Assembly (NCBI GenBank): GCA_009602735.1 | Contig: WELA01002734.1 | Coordinates: 1 to 64,000, forward strand | DNA length: 64,000 nt | Direction of reading: 5' to 3' | From: Mesotaenium endlicherianum | Lineage: Eukaryota | Shown: positions 39,328-48,909 of the stretch, in pieces | How positions within the stretch are numbered: position 1 is the first letter of the stretch | How the letters are laid out: the number at the start of each line of letters is the position of its first letter | Position numbers and translations under genes: made by a program | Notes under the pieces: generated by a model | Told to the model about the DNA's origin: nothing | The model's input: the letters and a program-made list of their open reading frames with translations, nothing else | Database searches by the model: none

Positions 39328-41379
39328 TTACAATTTTACCTCTTGTGTGGCCCCATCCTTTATTGTGTATTGTTTAACTGCATTTCCTTGTTTTACCATA
39401 ATCGCTAAGCGCTCGCCGGACAACCTTGTAATCTCCAGGTCAAATACATGCCCGAACGCATGAACATTGCGCAAAGCCATACGATCCCATCCTGCCGGTA
39501 TACTGGGGCGTATGTCAAAGCTGTTGAATCCTGTTGGGCGCATGCCAAACATTCCTTCTGTATAAATGCGGCAATACAAACCGCTTTCGGCAGCAAGGTG
39601 TCGCTGGTTCCCTTCGGGGTATGCTTCTACCGCGTAAGGCACGTGTTCGCCCAATAGTCTCCTGCGTGAAAAATATTCCAGGAAAGGGAAAGCTTTCCCG
39701 GTGGCACCTGCTGCAAATGCGCCGCGCAGTCCGTATAAAGTAGAGCGGTCCCAGAAAGTTTTATCACCTGCCAGTGTAGCCAATCCATCTGCAGTCCATA
39801 ATCGCGGTGAGAAGAGCGCTTCAATGGTACCTTCTTTCCTGTCGAAAATATCCATTACCAGCGGCGTGGTGATCCAGGCACGCAGGGTATCGTTGCCTTC
39901 GTAATAACGATAGGTCTTATATCCTTCCACCGTTGCACCGAAATACAATTCAATATTCGAACGCAAAGCTGTTGCCTGTGATTCGTATATTTTGAGTTGC
40001 GCAAGCGGTATATGCAGTTCCCTGCCCAACATAACGGCCGACCGCAATGCATCGTAATACAAAGAGCTGGTGTTGAGGTTGGCTTTGCCGGCGGGGAAAC
40101 GCCCTTCCAATTCATCACTGTTGCTTTTCACTACTCCTTGATCATTCAATTGGCGTTTCAGGTATTCGAGGCACCATTCTATCAAAGGCCATAACACCCT
40201 GGCGCTATCGGCATTTCCATTGGCCAGTGCATAACGGCCAGCGCCATAAGCAATCATCGCCATATCTCCCCTGTCTTTCGCTCCATGCCATGTGGCATCT
40301 CCTTCCGCAATGATGGAACTGGGAATGGGTTGATATTCCGGATTGATGTAACGGGCGAACAAACGGAAAGCATTCATAGCAGAACGGTTGCCAATATCAT
40401 CTCCAAGGAAAGCAAAAAAAGGGTTGACGTATTCAGCCTGGTCATTGGCCCAGATGGCTGCATAATAACGCAATCCGCCGGGACCGTGCATATACCCTCC
40501 CTTTGTATTATAAATACTTTCGGTAGCCCTGATCTTGGCAAAAGCGAAAGCTGTATTCAACAAACGATCGGGTGTTTCCAGCACCAGTTTCGATATGATC
40601 TGGTTTACCCTGTTTCTCTGCATCTGTTCTTCCTGGTCAACATTGATGGCCAGCGGTTGTGCCGATCCTTTTGTGGCTTCATAACTAATGGCAAAGACCA
40701 CACTATCGCCCGGCTGCACTGTTTTCAATCCATCGCCAATGGTAGATACGATGAAATGATGCGGTCCGCCCGTGGTCCTTTCTGCAGCAGGCCTGCTTTC
40801 CCTGTGCAGGTATTCCATTTCAATTTTGGCTGCTTGTTTACCTTCATTGATGAATACCATTTTTTCAATGGCCATTGGTTTATCTACCGAAGGAAAATAA
40901 ATCCTTTTCAGCCGGATACCGTCTTTGCCCACCATGCTTTCTATTTCCATGATACCCTTGTGTGTGATGCGTATTACTTTTTCCGGCAAATCGGGCACAA
41001 CAGCAGCATTGTATACACCCGATCTAAGCATGCGGTTATTGATGTAGATACGCGGCAGGTCATTGTCTTCCACATTGTACATCATGTGGGCAATGGTTTG
41101 CACAGGCAACAAACGGCTCGATGGAAATACCAGGGTACGCGAAAGAACCGGCCGGTAATTACTGTCCACACCATACCGCATCCAGAGCGCTACTTTTTCT
41201 CCGCCCATCTCGATGTGATCATTGTGGGGCAATCGTCCATCCACCACCCATTCAATGCTACCCTCAGGTGTGATCTTCCACCGGTCTTGCTGTTGTGTCA
41301 GGAGCATCATCTGTGCCCTGGCGAAAAAGGAGCCGCACATCAATGCAGCTGCCAGTAGTGTTCTGTTGAATCGCATCAT
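39328..41379 (-). CDS. Six-hairpin (alpha/alpha)6 glycosidase-like protein, family uncertain
   Basis: Signal peptide; AIWANDQAEY, SDELEGRFP, YAVEAYPE; C-terminal beta-sandwich. Confidence 0.65.
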   Translation of the reverse strand: MMRFNRTLLAAALMCGSFFARAQMMLLTQQQDRWKITPEGSIEWVVDGRLPHNDHIEMGGEKVALWMRYGVDSNYRPVLSRTLVFPSSRLLPVQTIAHMMYNVEDNDLPRIYINNRMLRSGVYNAAVVPDLPEKVIRITHKGIMEIESMVGKDGIRLKRIYFPSVDKPMAIEKMVFINEGKQAAKIEMEYLHRESRPAAERTTGGPHHFIVSTIGDGLKTVQPGDSVVFAISYEATKGSAQPLAINVDQEEQMQRNRVNQIISKLVLETPDRLLNTAFAFAKIRATESIYNTKGGYMHGPGGLRYYAAIWANDQAEYVNPFFAFLGDDIGNRSAMNAFRLFARYINPEYQPIPSSIIAEGDATWHGAKDRGDMAMIAYGAGRYALANGNADSARVLWPLIEWCLEYLKRQLNDQGVVKSNSDELEGRFPAGKANLNTSSLYYDALRSAVMLGRELHIPLAQLKIYESQATALRSNIELYFGATVEGYKTYRYYEGNDTLRAWITTPLVMDIFDRKEGTIEALFSPRLWTADGLATLAGDKTFWDRSTLYGLRGAFAAGATGKAFPFLEYFSRRRLLGEHVPYAVEAYPEGNQRHLAAESGLYCRIYTEGMFGMRPTGFNSFDIRPSIPAGWDRMALRNVHAFGHVFDLEITRLSGERLAIMVKQGNAVKQYTIKDGATQEVKL

Positions 41380-41460
41380 CTTTATTTATTTGATTGAGCC
41401 TTCTCACAAATATAACGGGTTCTTCATACCAGTCAGGCGAAAGCTATTGCGTTAGCCATC

Positions 41461-41478
41461 TATTCAGCAATTCTGGCA
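41461..41478. promoter_or_regulatory. Candidate operator, copy 1 (TATTCAGCAATTCTGGCA)
   Basis: Identical to 44368-44385 and similar to 47866-47883. Confidence 0.55.
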
Positions 41479-41560
41479 TGGCCTTCTGCAATCGTCTTTT
41501 CCTGTTTATCTTAGACCATCTAAATTCCTTGCTGTCACCATTACTTATCAAAATCATTTT

Positions 41561-43084
41561 ATGATCTTCAGACAGCTTGCCCGGGCAGCCTGCATTTGTT
41601 GCAGCATCCTATCCACTTCTTTTATTACCCTTGATACAGGTAGCCATTCATCATCAAAATTTGTCAAACTCAATGCAGACGGCAGTCTTGTGTACATGCC
41701 GGATGAAAAAGGAAATACCATTCCCGATTTCAGTCGTGTTGGTTTTTATGGTGGCGACCGGTCTATTCCTAATATACCAATAGTAAAAACCATCAGCGCT
41801 ACCGGTGCCGATGATCAGCAGTTGATCCAACAGGCCATTGATGAAGTGAGCAACCGGCCGCTTGATGCTACTGGTTTTCGTGGCGCTATTTTATTGAAGC
41901 GGGGATTGTATAAGATTGCCACTTCCCTCCGACTGGAAGCAAGCGGCGTAATACTAAGAGGCGAAGGCAACACAGAAAACGGCACCAGGATACAACTTAC
42001 AGCAGCCACACAAATGCCTTTGTTGCGTGTTACCGGATCAGGCACACCGCGTGAGATACCCGGCACCAGAACACAGGTTACAGACAATTATGTTCCGGCC
42101 GGCACTCATTCGTTGACTGTTTCAGACGCTACGCGTTACAAGGCCGGTGACAAGGTCATGGTGTTTCGTCCCGCAACCAGGCAATGGATACAAGACCTCA
42201 AAATGGACCAGATTGAGGGAAGAGATGGCACGAAGCAATGGCAACCGGATGAATATAATTTGTCGTTCGAAAGGGTGATCACAAAGATCGAAGGCAATAA
42301 GGTATTTATAGACAACCCCATCGTTATGCCAATGGAACCAAAATATGGTGCTCCCATCATCTTCAAATATGAATTTTCCAAACGCATCAACCATGTGGGT
42401 ATTGAACAACTGTTTTTTCAAAGCGATTATAGCAGCGATACCGCCGAAAACCATGGATGGCAGGCCATCTTATGCGACAGGATCGAAAACAGTTGGATAA
42501 GAAATGTTAGTTCCAGGTATTTTGGTTATGCTTGTGTTGAGCTTGGCAGCCTTGCCAAACATATTTCCGTATTGAACTCGAACTGCCTGGATGCCAAATC
42601 AATTATCACAGGAGGCCGCCGGTATTCTTTTTGTAACAATGGCCAGTTGAACCTGTTCATGAATTGCCATACCACCGAAGGCCGGCATGATTTTGTAACA
42701 GGTGCGCGCGTTTGCGGCCCCAATGTGTTTTACAACTGCACGGCGCAGCAAACACATGCCGATATTGGTCCGCACCACCGTTGGGCCAGCGGCACTTTAT
42801 ACGACAATATTGTTACCGATGGAGAGATCAATGTGCAGGACAGGGGCAATTATGGCAGCGGGCATGGCTGGGCCGGTGTTACTCAAATCGTATGGAACTG
42901 TACTGCTAAAAATGCGGCCGTACAAAGCCCGTGGGTATCCGGAAAAAATTATTGTATCGGATTGAAAGGAAAAAAATCAACAGGGCGGTTTAAAGACAGG
43001 CCCGATGGAGAATGGGAATTGATGAACCAGACTGCTGAACCTGCTTCATTGTATATGGCGCAACTCAAAGCAAGGCAACGCTAA
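41561..43084 (+). CDS. Secreted right-handed beta-helix (pectin lyase-like) protein
   Basis: GNTIPDFSRVGF, IQQAID, GVILRGEG, GRHDF, GPHHRW. Confidence 0.7.
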   Translation: MIFRQLARAACICCSILSTSFITLDTGSHSSSKFVKLNADGSLVYMPDEKGNTIPDFSRVGFYGGDRSIPNIPIVKTISATGADDQQLIQQAIDEVSNRPLDATGFRGAILLKRGLYKIATSLRLEASGVILRGEGNTENGTRIQLTAATQMPLLRVTGSGTPREIPGTRTQVTDNYVPAGTHSLTVSDATRYKAGDKVMVFRPATRQWIQDLKMDQIEGRDGTKQWQPDEYNLSFERVITKIEGNKVFIDNPIVMPMEPKYGAPIIFKYEFSKRINHVGIEQLFFQSDYSSDTAENHGWQAILCDRIENSWIRNVSSRYFGYACVELGSLAKHISVLNSNCLDAKSIITGGRRYSFCNNGQLNLFMNCHTTEGRHDFVTGARVCGPNVFYNCTAQQTHADIGPHHRWASGTLYDNIVTDGEINVQDRGNYGSGHGWAGVTQIVWNCTAKNAAVQSPWVSGKNYCIGLKGKKSTGRFKDRPDGEWELMNQTAEPASLYMAQLKARQR

Positions 43085-43123
43085 AAAAGCGCCCACCATT
43101 TTAAAGAGGTGGGCGCTTTTTTT
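43083..43123. terminator. Bidirectional intrinsic terminator
   Basis: AAAAAAGCGCCCACC...GGTGGGCGCTTTTTTT between convergent genes. Confidence 0.9.
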
Positions 43124-44276
43124 ATTTTCTAAGTAATGCCGTAGCGCACCACAGTATCGGTGCCTGTCCGTGTAAATCACCTGTGTTCTTCTTACGATCT
43201 AGGTAGTATTGCCGGCTGTTCTTTTTATTGGTGCCTTCGCATACATCGGTGATATCATTATCAGCATTGATGTATTTGATCAATGCGAGCCATCCTTTGC
43301 GTGCCGCGGGGCCATAAGTGGTTTTATCGAGCCAGCCTTCTTTCACACCCGTAATGAATGCAAAAGTGAACATGCCCGTACAGGATGTTTCCGGCCATGA
43401 TTCGGCATCATCGATCAGTTGCCGCCACATACCATCACTTGCCTGGTATTGTAGCAGAGAAGCCATCATTGCTTGATAGCCTTGCATGATGCGGGTCCTG
43501 TTGGGATTATTTTTAGGCACTGAACGCAGCATTTCACTCATACCAACAGCCATCCAGCCATTGCCCCTGCCCCAGAAAAAAGGCACGTCGGGTACATGAT
43601 AAAACAGGCCATTGGGTCTTTGTAACGAATCGAGATAAAAAACCATTTCTGTTGCCGCATGTTCGATATAGCTTTTATCGCCGGTGGCCCTGTACGCCTG
43701 CGCCTGCAATGCAGTGATCATGAACATGTCATCGATCCACAAACGTGTTTGCCAGCTAAGACCCTTTGCATAAAAACGGCGCGCCTCTGCATTCACCCGG
43801 GGGCCTTCCGGTGTACCCCATTGTTTATCTGCAATCTGCTTGCCCAGGTTGAGGTACTTCTGTTCTTTTGTTTGCATGTACAGTTCCAACGGAACAGCGC
43901 CAAAGACTGAATAATCTACATGATCCGGTTTAGGGATCAGTGTATCGCTGCTGCCGAAAAGCGGCTCAAAACGTTCAGCAAGCTGCTGCAATAAATGGGT
44001 GTCTTTAGTTTCTTTTGCAAAAGTCAATGCACCATACCAGGTGCAGGTCTCCGGGTAAGTGATGTACCTCGGCGGAGTGGGTCTTCCAAAATTGGTATGC
44101 GGTGTTGCAACAAAATGAGCGGCTATCTTTTGTCCTATTGCTGCCGGACCTTCTCCTTCAGGAAAATTTTTCAGATCGGCGCTCTCCTTTTTTTGCGCCG
44201 CTGCCTGATCGAAGCCATAAGCAACCTGTACAGCTGCAAAAGCGATCATGACATACCTGTTCAATTTTGATTTCAT
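43122..44276 (-). CDS. Unsaturated uronyl hydrolase, GH105 (GH88 clan)
   Basis: WIDDMFM, FWGRGNGW, GMWRQL, ETSCTGMF; signal peptide from ATG 44276. Confidence 0.88.
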   Translation of the reverse strand: MKSKLNRYVMIAFAAVQVAYGFDQAAAQKKESADLKNFPEGEGPAAIGQKIAAHFVATPHTNFGRPTPPRYITYPETCTWYGALTFAKETKDTHLLQQLAERFEPLFGSSDTLIPKPDHVDYSVFGAVPLELYMQTKEQKYLNLGKQIADKQWGTPEGPRVNAEARRFYAKGLSWQTRLWIDDMFMITALQAQAYRATGDKSYIEHAATEMVFYLDSLQRPNGLFYHVPDVPFFWGRGNGWMAVGMSEMLRSVPKNNPNRTRIMQGYQAMMASLLQYQASDGMWRQLIDDAESWPETSCTGMFTFAFITGVKEGWLDKTTYGPAARKGWLALIKYINADNDITDVCEGTNKKNSRQYYLDRKKNTGDLHGQAPILWCATALLRK

Positions 44277-44367
44277 AAACAGATGGGTTTTATGTTGATG
44301 ATTGATCCGCTGATCATCTGCAATAGAATAAGAAATCATGAGCATTCCGGTGACAGGATTGTCAAAA

Positions 44368-44385
44368 TATTCAGCAATTCTGGCA
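44368..44385. promoter_or_regulatory. Candidate operator, copy 2 (TATTCAGCAATTCTGGCA)
   Basis: 18/18 identical to 41461-41478. Confidence 0.55.
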
Positions 44386-44509
44386 AAACCATTGAACAAA
44401 AAAGTAATACTTCATTCACAATCTTAGCATAAATTAGTGCCTCGATAAATCGATTTTGCCTGCTATTGCAGTCAAACGAGCTGACCTATTGCAAACAAAA
44501 AAAATACCG

Positions 44510-45775
44510 ATGAAAAAAGTTTTTTCTTTTCTTTCCATTAGCTTCCTTTTTGCCGTACCCTGCCTGGCCAATCCTTATGCCGACACCATCAACGCGGGGC
44601 TTAGTCTCCCTAAAGGCTTCGAAGCGTCCAAAGTATCTGATGGCATTGGCCGTATCCGCCATTTACTGGTTACGCCTGAAGGGGTGATCTATGCCAGAAC
44701 AAGCAGGTTATATAAAGGTAATGGCATTTTAAAAATGACCGCCCAGAACGGAGACGGTAAGATAGACAAGGTTGAAGGATTCAGCAATTATACCGGCACA
44801 GGCATTGCCTTAAAAGACGGCTACCTCTATGCATCCAGTGATGACGAAGTTTTCCGTTACAAATTGAATGCAAAAAATGAAGTGATCGATGCGGAGCATC
44901 CCGAAAAGATCATTACCGGTCTCTGGAATAAAAGACAACACGAATCCAAATCTATTGCCCTCGACAACAACGGTAATATTTATGTGAATATTGGCGCCCC
45001 TTCCAATTCCTGCCAGGAAGTAGACCGTGGCAACGGATCAAAAGGCAGGATGCCCTGTCCCATACTGGATAGCGCGGGGGGTATCTGGATGTTCAAAGCC
45101 GACAAGTTGAATCAAAGCTATGCACAGGGCGTTCGCTATGCAACAGGATTAAGAAATGTAGTGGGTCTCGATTGGAATACACAAAGCAATTCATTGTTTG
45201 TGATGCAACATGGCCGCGATAATTTATTGCAGGATTGGCCTCAGTATTTTGATGCTGAACAAAGCGCCGAACTGCCTTCCGAGTGTATGTATGAATTGAA
45301 AAAAGGCGACAATGCAGGTTGGCCTTATATTTATTACAACCAGATCTTGCACAAGAAAATGCTTGCGCCCGAATACGGTGGCGATGGTAAAACAGAAAGC
45401 CCCAGGGCAAAAGATTTTATCGAGCCTGTAGTAGCGTTCCCTGGTCACCTTGCACCAAACGGATTATTGTTTTATACAGGTAATATGTTCCCCGAAAAAT
45501 ACAGGAACGGCGCTTTCATTGCTTTCCACGGCAGTTGGAATCGTGCTCCCATGCCACAGGAAGGTTATTATGTGGTTTTCGTGCCCTTCAAGAATGGCAA
45601 GCCTTCCGGCAAATGGGAAGTTTTTGCCAATGGCTTTTCGGGTGTGAAAGTAGTGAACGCTACCCGGCAGGCAGAACACCGCCCCTGCGGTCTTGCCCAG
45701 GGGCCCGATGGTTCGCTTTATGTAAGCGACGATAACAAAGGCACTATTTATCGCATCACTTATTCAGGAAAATAA
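44510..45775 (+). CDS. PQQ-dependent sugar (glucose/sorbosone) dehydrogenase family protein
   Basis: Signal peptide; ATGLRNVVG, HGRD, GWPY, AFHGSWNR, RPCGLAQGPDGSLYVSDD. Confidence 0.85.
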   Translation: MKKVFSFLSISFLFAVPCLANPYADTINAGLSLPKGFEASKVSDGIGRIRHLLVTPEGVIYARTSRLYKGNGILKMTAQNGDGKIDKVEGFSNYTGTGIALKDGYLYASSDDEVFRYKLNAKNEVIDAEHPEKIITGLWNKRQHESKSIALDNNGNIYVNIGAPSNSCQEVDRGNGSKGRMPCPILDSAGGIWMFKADKLNQSYAQGVRYATGLRNVVGLDWNTQSNSLFVMQHGRDNLLQDWPQYFDAEQSAELPSECMYELKKGDNAGWPYIYYNQILHKKMLAPEYGGDGKTESPRAKDFIEPVVAFPGHLAPNGLLFYTGNMFPEKYRNGAFIAFHGSWNRAPMPQEGYYVVFVPFKNGKPSGKWEVFANGFSGVKVVNATRQAEHRPCGLAQGPDGSLYVSDDNKGTIYRITYSGK

Positions 45776-45791
45776 TTTACACTTCACAACC

Positions 45792-46229
45792 ATGAAGAAG
45801 AAACTGATCACAGCAATGGCTTTGTTTTCTTTTGGCATTATGCTTTGGGCACAGACCAATAACCTTTCCGTTTCTGTTGCAAGGGGCGAAGCCGTTTATA
45901 AAAAAGAATGTTTGAGTTGTCACCAGGTAGATGGCGGCGGTGTTCCACACATGAACCCACCGCTGGCACAAAGCTCCAATGTGCTGAAGGACAAGCAAAA
46001 GATCATTACTGTTGTACTGAAGGGCATGTCGGACCGTATTCCGCTCGATGATGAATATTATTCCAATGTCATGGCATCGCACAGCTATCTCACTGACCAG
46101 CAGATAGCAGATGTACTCACGTATGTTCGCAATAGCTTTGGCAATAAAGCAACCGCCGTTACTGCTGCCGAAGTGAAAGCTATACGAGGGCCTGTTAAAA
46201 AAACAACTTCACAAGTAAAGAAAAGCTAG
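45792..46229 (+). CDS. Cytochrome c (monoheme)
   Basis: Signal peptide; CLSCH; distal Met; IADVLTYVRNSFGN. Confidence 0.92.
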   Translation: MKKKLITAMALFSFGIMLWAQTNNLSVSVARGEAVYKKECLSCHQVDGGGVPHMNPPLAQSSNVLKDKQKIITVVLKGMSDRIPLDDEYYSNVMASHSYLTDQQIADVLTYVRNSFGNKATAVTAAEVKAIRGPVKKTTSQVKKS

Positions 46230-46234
46230 TGGGA

Positions 46235-46311
46235 AGATGTTAGTTGTTAGTTGTTAGTTGTTAGTTGCTAGTTGTAAGGCCAAAATGCTAACAACTAACA
46301 TCTAACAACTA
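46235..46311. repeat. Tandem heptamer (GTTAGTT)n with an inverted copy, between convergent genes
   Basis: AGATGTTAGTTGTTAGTTGTTAGTTGTTAGTTGCTAGTTG...CTAACAACTAACATCTAACAACTA. Confidence 0.8.
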
Positions 46312-46340
46312 TTAATCATTGAGCCATTAACCAGATTATC

Positions 46341-47768
46341 TTAATCCAACGCACCCGTTTTCATCTTACCGTTAGCGGCGGACTGCTGGTTTTCTACTTT
46401 TCCCTTCAATATTACTTTGATCACAGAAGCGTTTGCATCAGGCGAATTGAATGGCACTGCAATATTCAATCCATCCGTTGTAGTAGTTGTTTTCAAAGCA
46501 GCACCACCGGCAAGCAATTTGGCCGATACAACTGTATTCTTAATGCCGGGCACTAAGAGCTGCCCATCGGTGGGCCAATTGAAAACAGAAAAATAAAGAA
46601 TGGTCTGGCCGTCATTTTCTTTCATGGTACAGCGGCCCCAATTCAGCGGTGCAAGCGGATTTGCTTTGGTTGCATAAATGGCTTCTCCGTTCACTTTCAT
46701 CCACTGGCCGATTTCTTTCAGGCGCTCTATGCTGGCATCGGGGAATGTTCCATCTGGTTTGGGTCCTATGTTGAGCAGGTAGTTTCCTCCTTTGGAAGCA
46801 ATATCTGCCAGGTTACGGATCAGTGTTTCGGTAGATTTCCATTTGGTATCGGAAGTTCTGAAACCCCAGGTACCATTCATGGTCATGCAGGTTTCCCAGT
46901 CTTTACCATCGAGTTCGCTGAGGCCGGGTATTTTTTGTTCCGGTGTTTTGGTGTCTCCGGGAAAATTGGGTCGCTTCAACCGGTCGTTCGTGATGATCCG
47001 AGGCTGCAGTTTCAAGAGCTCCTGTAATTTCAATGCGGCATCATCTGTCATGTTGGTGGGCGTATCCCACCACAATACAGCCACATCGCCATAATTGCTC
47101 AACAGTTCTTTCACCTGCGGTACGGCAACACGGTCAATGTATTGCGCAAAGGTGGATGTTTCCTGTGCTGCATCCCAATGGCCATTGTGCGCAGCGGTAA
47201 AAGCATCGATCTTCGCACTATCGGGATTAGCCCAGCCCTCCGACATCAATTTACGGGCAGCGGCGCCACCGGGGTTATTCCAATCCTGCGCCTGCGAGTA
47301 ATAAAAGCCCAGCTTCATACCCTGTTTTTTACAAGCTGCCGCCAGTGCTTTTAAAATGTCTTTACCATAAGGTGTTGCATCGACAATATTCCACGGACTC
47401 GCTTTTGATCCGAACATGGCAAACCCATCGTGGTGCTTGGCTGTGATAACGATGTATTTCATACCCGCCTCTTTTGCCATCCTTACCCAGTCATCTGCAT
47501 TGAATTTTACAGGATTGAATTGTTTGGCGTATTGCTGATATTCAGCAACGGGTATTTTAGAACGGTTCATGATCCATTCGGCACCGCCCCGCTGCTGCTC
47601 GTGCCCATTATATACTCCCGCAAGCTGGGCATATACACCCCAGTGTATGAACATACCGAAACGGGCTTCACGCCACCATTTCATGCGTTCGTCTTTCGGA
47701 AGTTGCTGACTGAAAATCAATTGTGAAGTAAAGAGACAAGCTACAATAAAAAAAACAGTTTTTTTCAT
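46341..47768 (-). CDS. Alpha-L-fucosidase, GH29
   Basis: FGMFIHWG, TAKHHDGF, WWD nucleophile, WETCMTMNGTWG, GGNYLLNIGP. Confidence 0.94.
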   Translation of the reverse strand: MKKTVFFIVACLFTSQLIFSQQLPKDERMKWWREARFGMFIHWGVYAQLAGVYNGHEQQRGGAEWIMNRSKIPVAEYQQYAKQFNPVKFNADDWVRMAKEAGMKYIVITAKHHDGFAMFGSKASPWNIVDATPYGKDILKALAAACKKQGMKLGFYYSQAQDWNNPGGAAARKLMSEGWANPDSAKIDAFTAAHNGHWDAAQETSTFAQYIDRVAVPQVKELLSNYGDVAVLWWDTPTNMTDDAALKLQELLKLQPRIITNDRLKRPNFPGDTKTPEQKIPGLSELDGKDWETCMTMNGTWGFRTSDTKWKSTETLIRNLADIASKGGNYLLNIGPKPDGTFPDASIERLKEIGQWMKVNGEAIYATKANPLAPLNWGRCTMKENDGQTILYFSVFNWPTDGQLLVPGIKNTVVSAKLLAGGAALKTTTTTDGLNIAVPFNSPDANASVIKVILKGKVENQQSAANGKMKTGALD

Positions 47769-47865
47769 GAGTTTAGCAATGATGATGAATGATGGGTGCC
47801 GGCCGGGTTCAGATGCGTGAAATAAGCAAGAAGCCTCCAGCCTGCAATGCAGGGGATTAACTATC

Positions 47866-47883
47866 TATTCAGTGATTTTGGCG
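47866..47883. promoter_or_regulatory. Candidate operator, copy 3 (TATTCAGTGATTTTGGCG)
   Basis: 14/18 match to copies 1 and 2; also shares the ATC prefix with copy 1. Confidence 0.45.
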
Positions 47884-47965
47884 CGTAATAATTAATTATT
47901 AGGTCATGTTATCATATTCGATTACTTTTAATATCTATTGATTCATTCTTAACTAAACCTCATCT

Positions 47966-48784
47966 ATGAAAATCTTATCCGCCCCGCTGCTGGTTGCAGC
48001 GATCTTGTCCGGCTCCATGACTTTTGCACAATCCAAAGTGCCTGTAAAGACCGGCGAGAAAATCCACAGCACCATCAATACAGTCAATAATATCACACAG
48101 AACATGATGGGACAGGAAATGAAAATTGTTTCCAATGTTACCATGACCGTTCAAACGGAAGTGAAAGAGATCAATCCTGATATTCATTTGTCATCTGTTG
48201 TTACAAAACTTTTATTGAAGAACGAAGCGATGGGACAGTCCATGGATTTTGATTCTGATAAAAAAGAAGATATGGATGGACAGATTGGCCAGGCGGTGAA
48301 AGGTTTCATTGGCACTGCCAACGATATCTTTATTTCAACCGATGGCAAACCGGTTGAGAAGAAAAAAGACGACGGTGCTGCCTCTGCCGAAGCAGTATTG
48401 GGTGGCGACATCAACGATATTGCTCCTGAGTTGTTATTGGCAATACCTGCTTCTCTGAAAGCGGGTGATAGCTGGACCGAAGAACACAACAAGGACGCCG
48501 ATAACAAAAGAAAAATTGTTTACACCATCCAGTCAATCAATGGTAATGAAGCCGTTATTGCATTTACCGGTGAAGAATCAACAAAGAAACCCAAATCTAT
48601 CCAGGGCATGACAGCTACCATCAGCGGCACCAACAATTACAAAGGCACGCTGACCGTTGATACCACGTCTGGTGTGATCAAAGAAAAAAAGACCAACATA
48701 GAAGGTAAGGGTGAAACAGCTATTATGAGCCAAACTATTCCTTTTTCTATTTCAGCAATAGTGAGTACCAGCGCCCGTCAATAA
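47966..48784 (+). CDS. Secreted hypothetical protein (DUF6263-like)
   Basis: Signal peptide; MMGQEM, MDFDSDKK, GDSW, DTTSG. Confidence 0.6.
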   Translation: MKILSAPLLVAAILSGSMTFAQSKVPVKTGEKIHSTINTVNNITQNMMGQEMKIVSNVTMTVQTEVKEINPDIHLSSVVTKLLLKNEAMGQSMDFDSDKKEDMDGQIGQAVKGFIGTANDIFISTDGKPVEKKKDDGAASAEAVLGGDINDIAPELLLAIPASLKAGDSWTEEHNKDADNKRKIVYTIQSINGNEAVIAFTGEESTKKPKSIQGMTATISGTNNYKGTLTVDTTSGVIKEKKTNIEGKGETAIMSQTIPFSISAIVSTSARQ

Positions 48785-48805
48785 TTAAAAGAGCAATCAT
48801 TAAAT

Positions 48806-48838
48806 AAAAAAGGAGTCAGGAATATCTCTGGCTCCTTT
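48806..48838 (-). terminator. Intrinsic terminator ending the PUL operon
   Basis: AAAAAAGGAGTCAG...CTGGCTCCTTT. Confidence 0.7.
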
Positions 48839-48909
48839 GGTACTACTAAAATACCATTTATTGATCAGATCATCATTGAGGCATGGGTGTTTTCTTCATA
48901 AACAATAGC

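Noticed and set aside
40285..41358. 357-aa + strand ORF
   Set aside because: Antisense shadow of the six-hairpin glycosidase; composition is not protein-like
46235..46311. Possible CRISPR array
   Set aside because: Contiguous 7-nt units with no unique spacers, and no cas genes in the window
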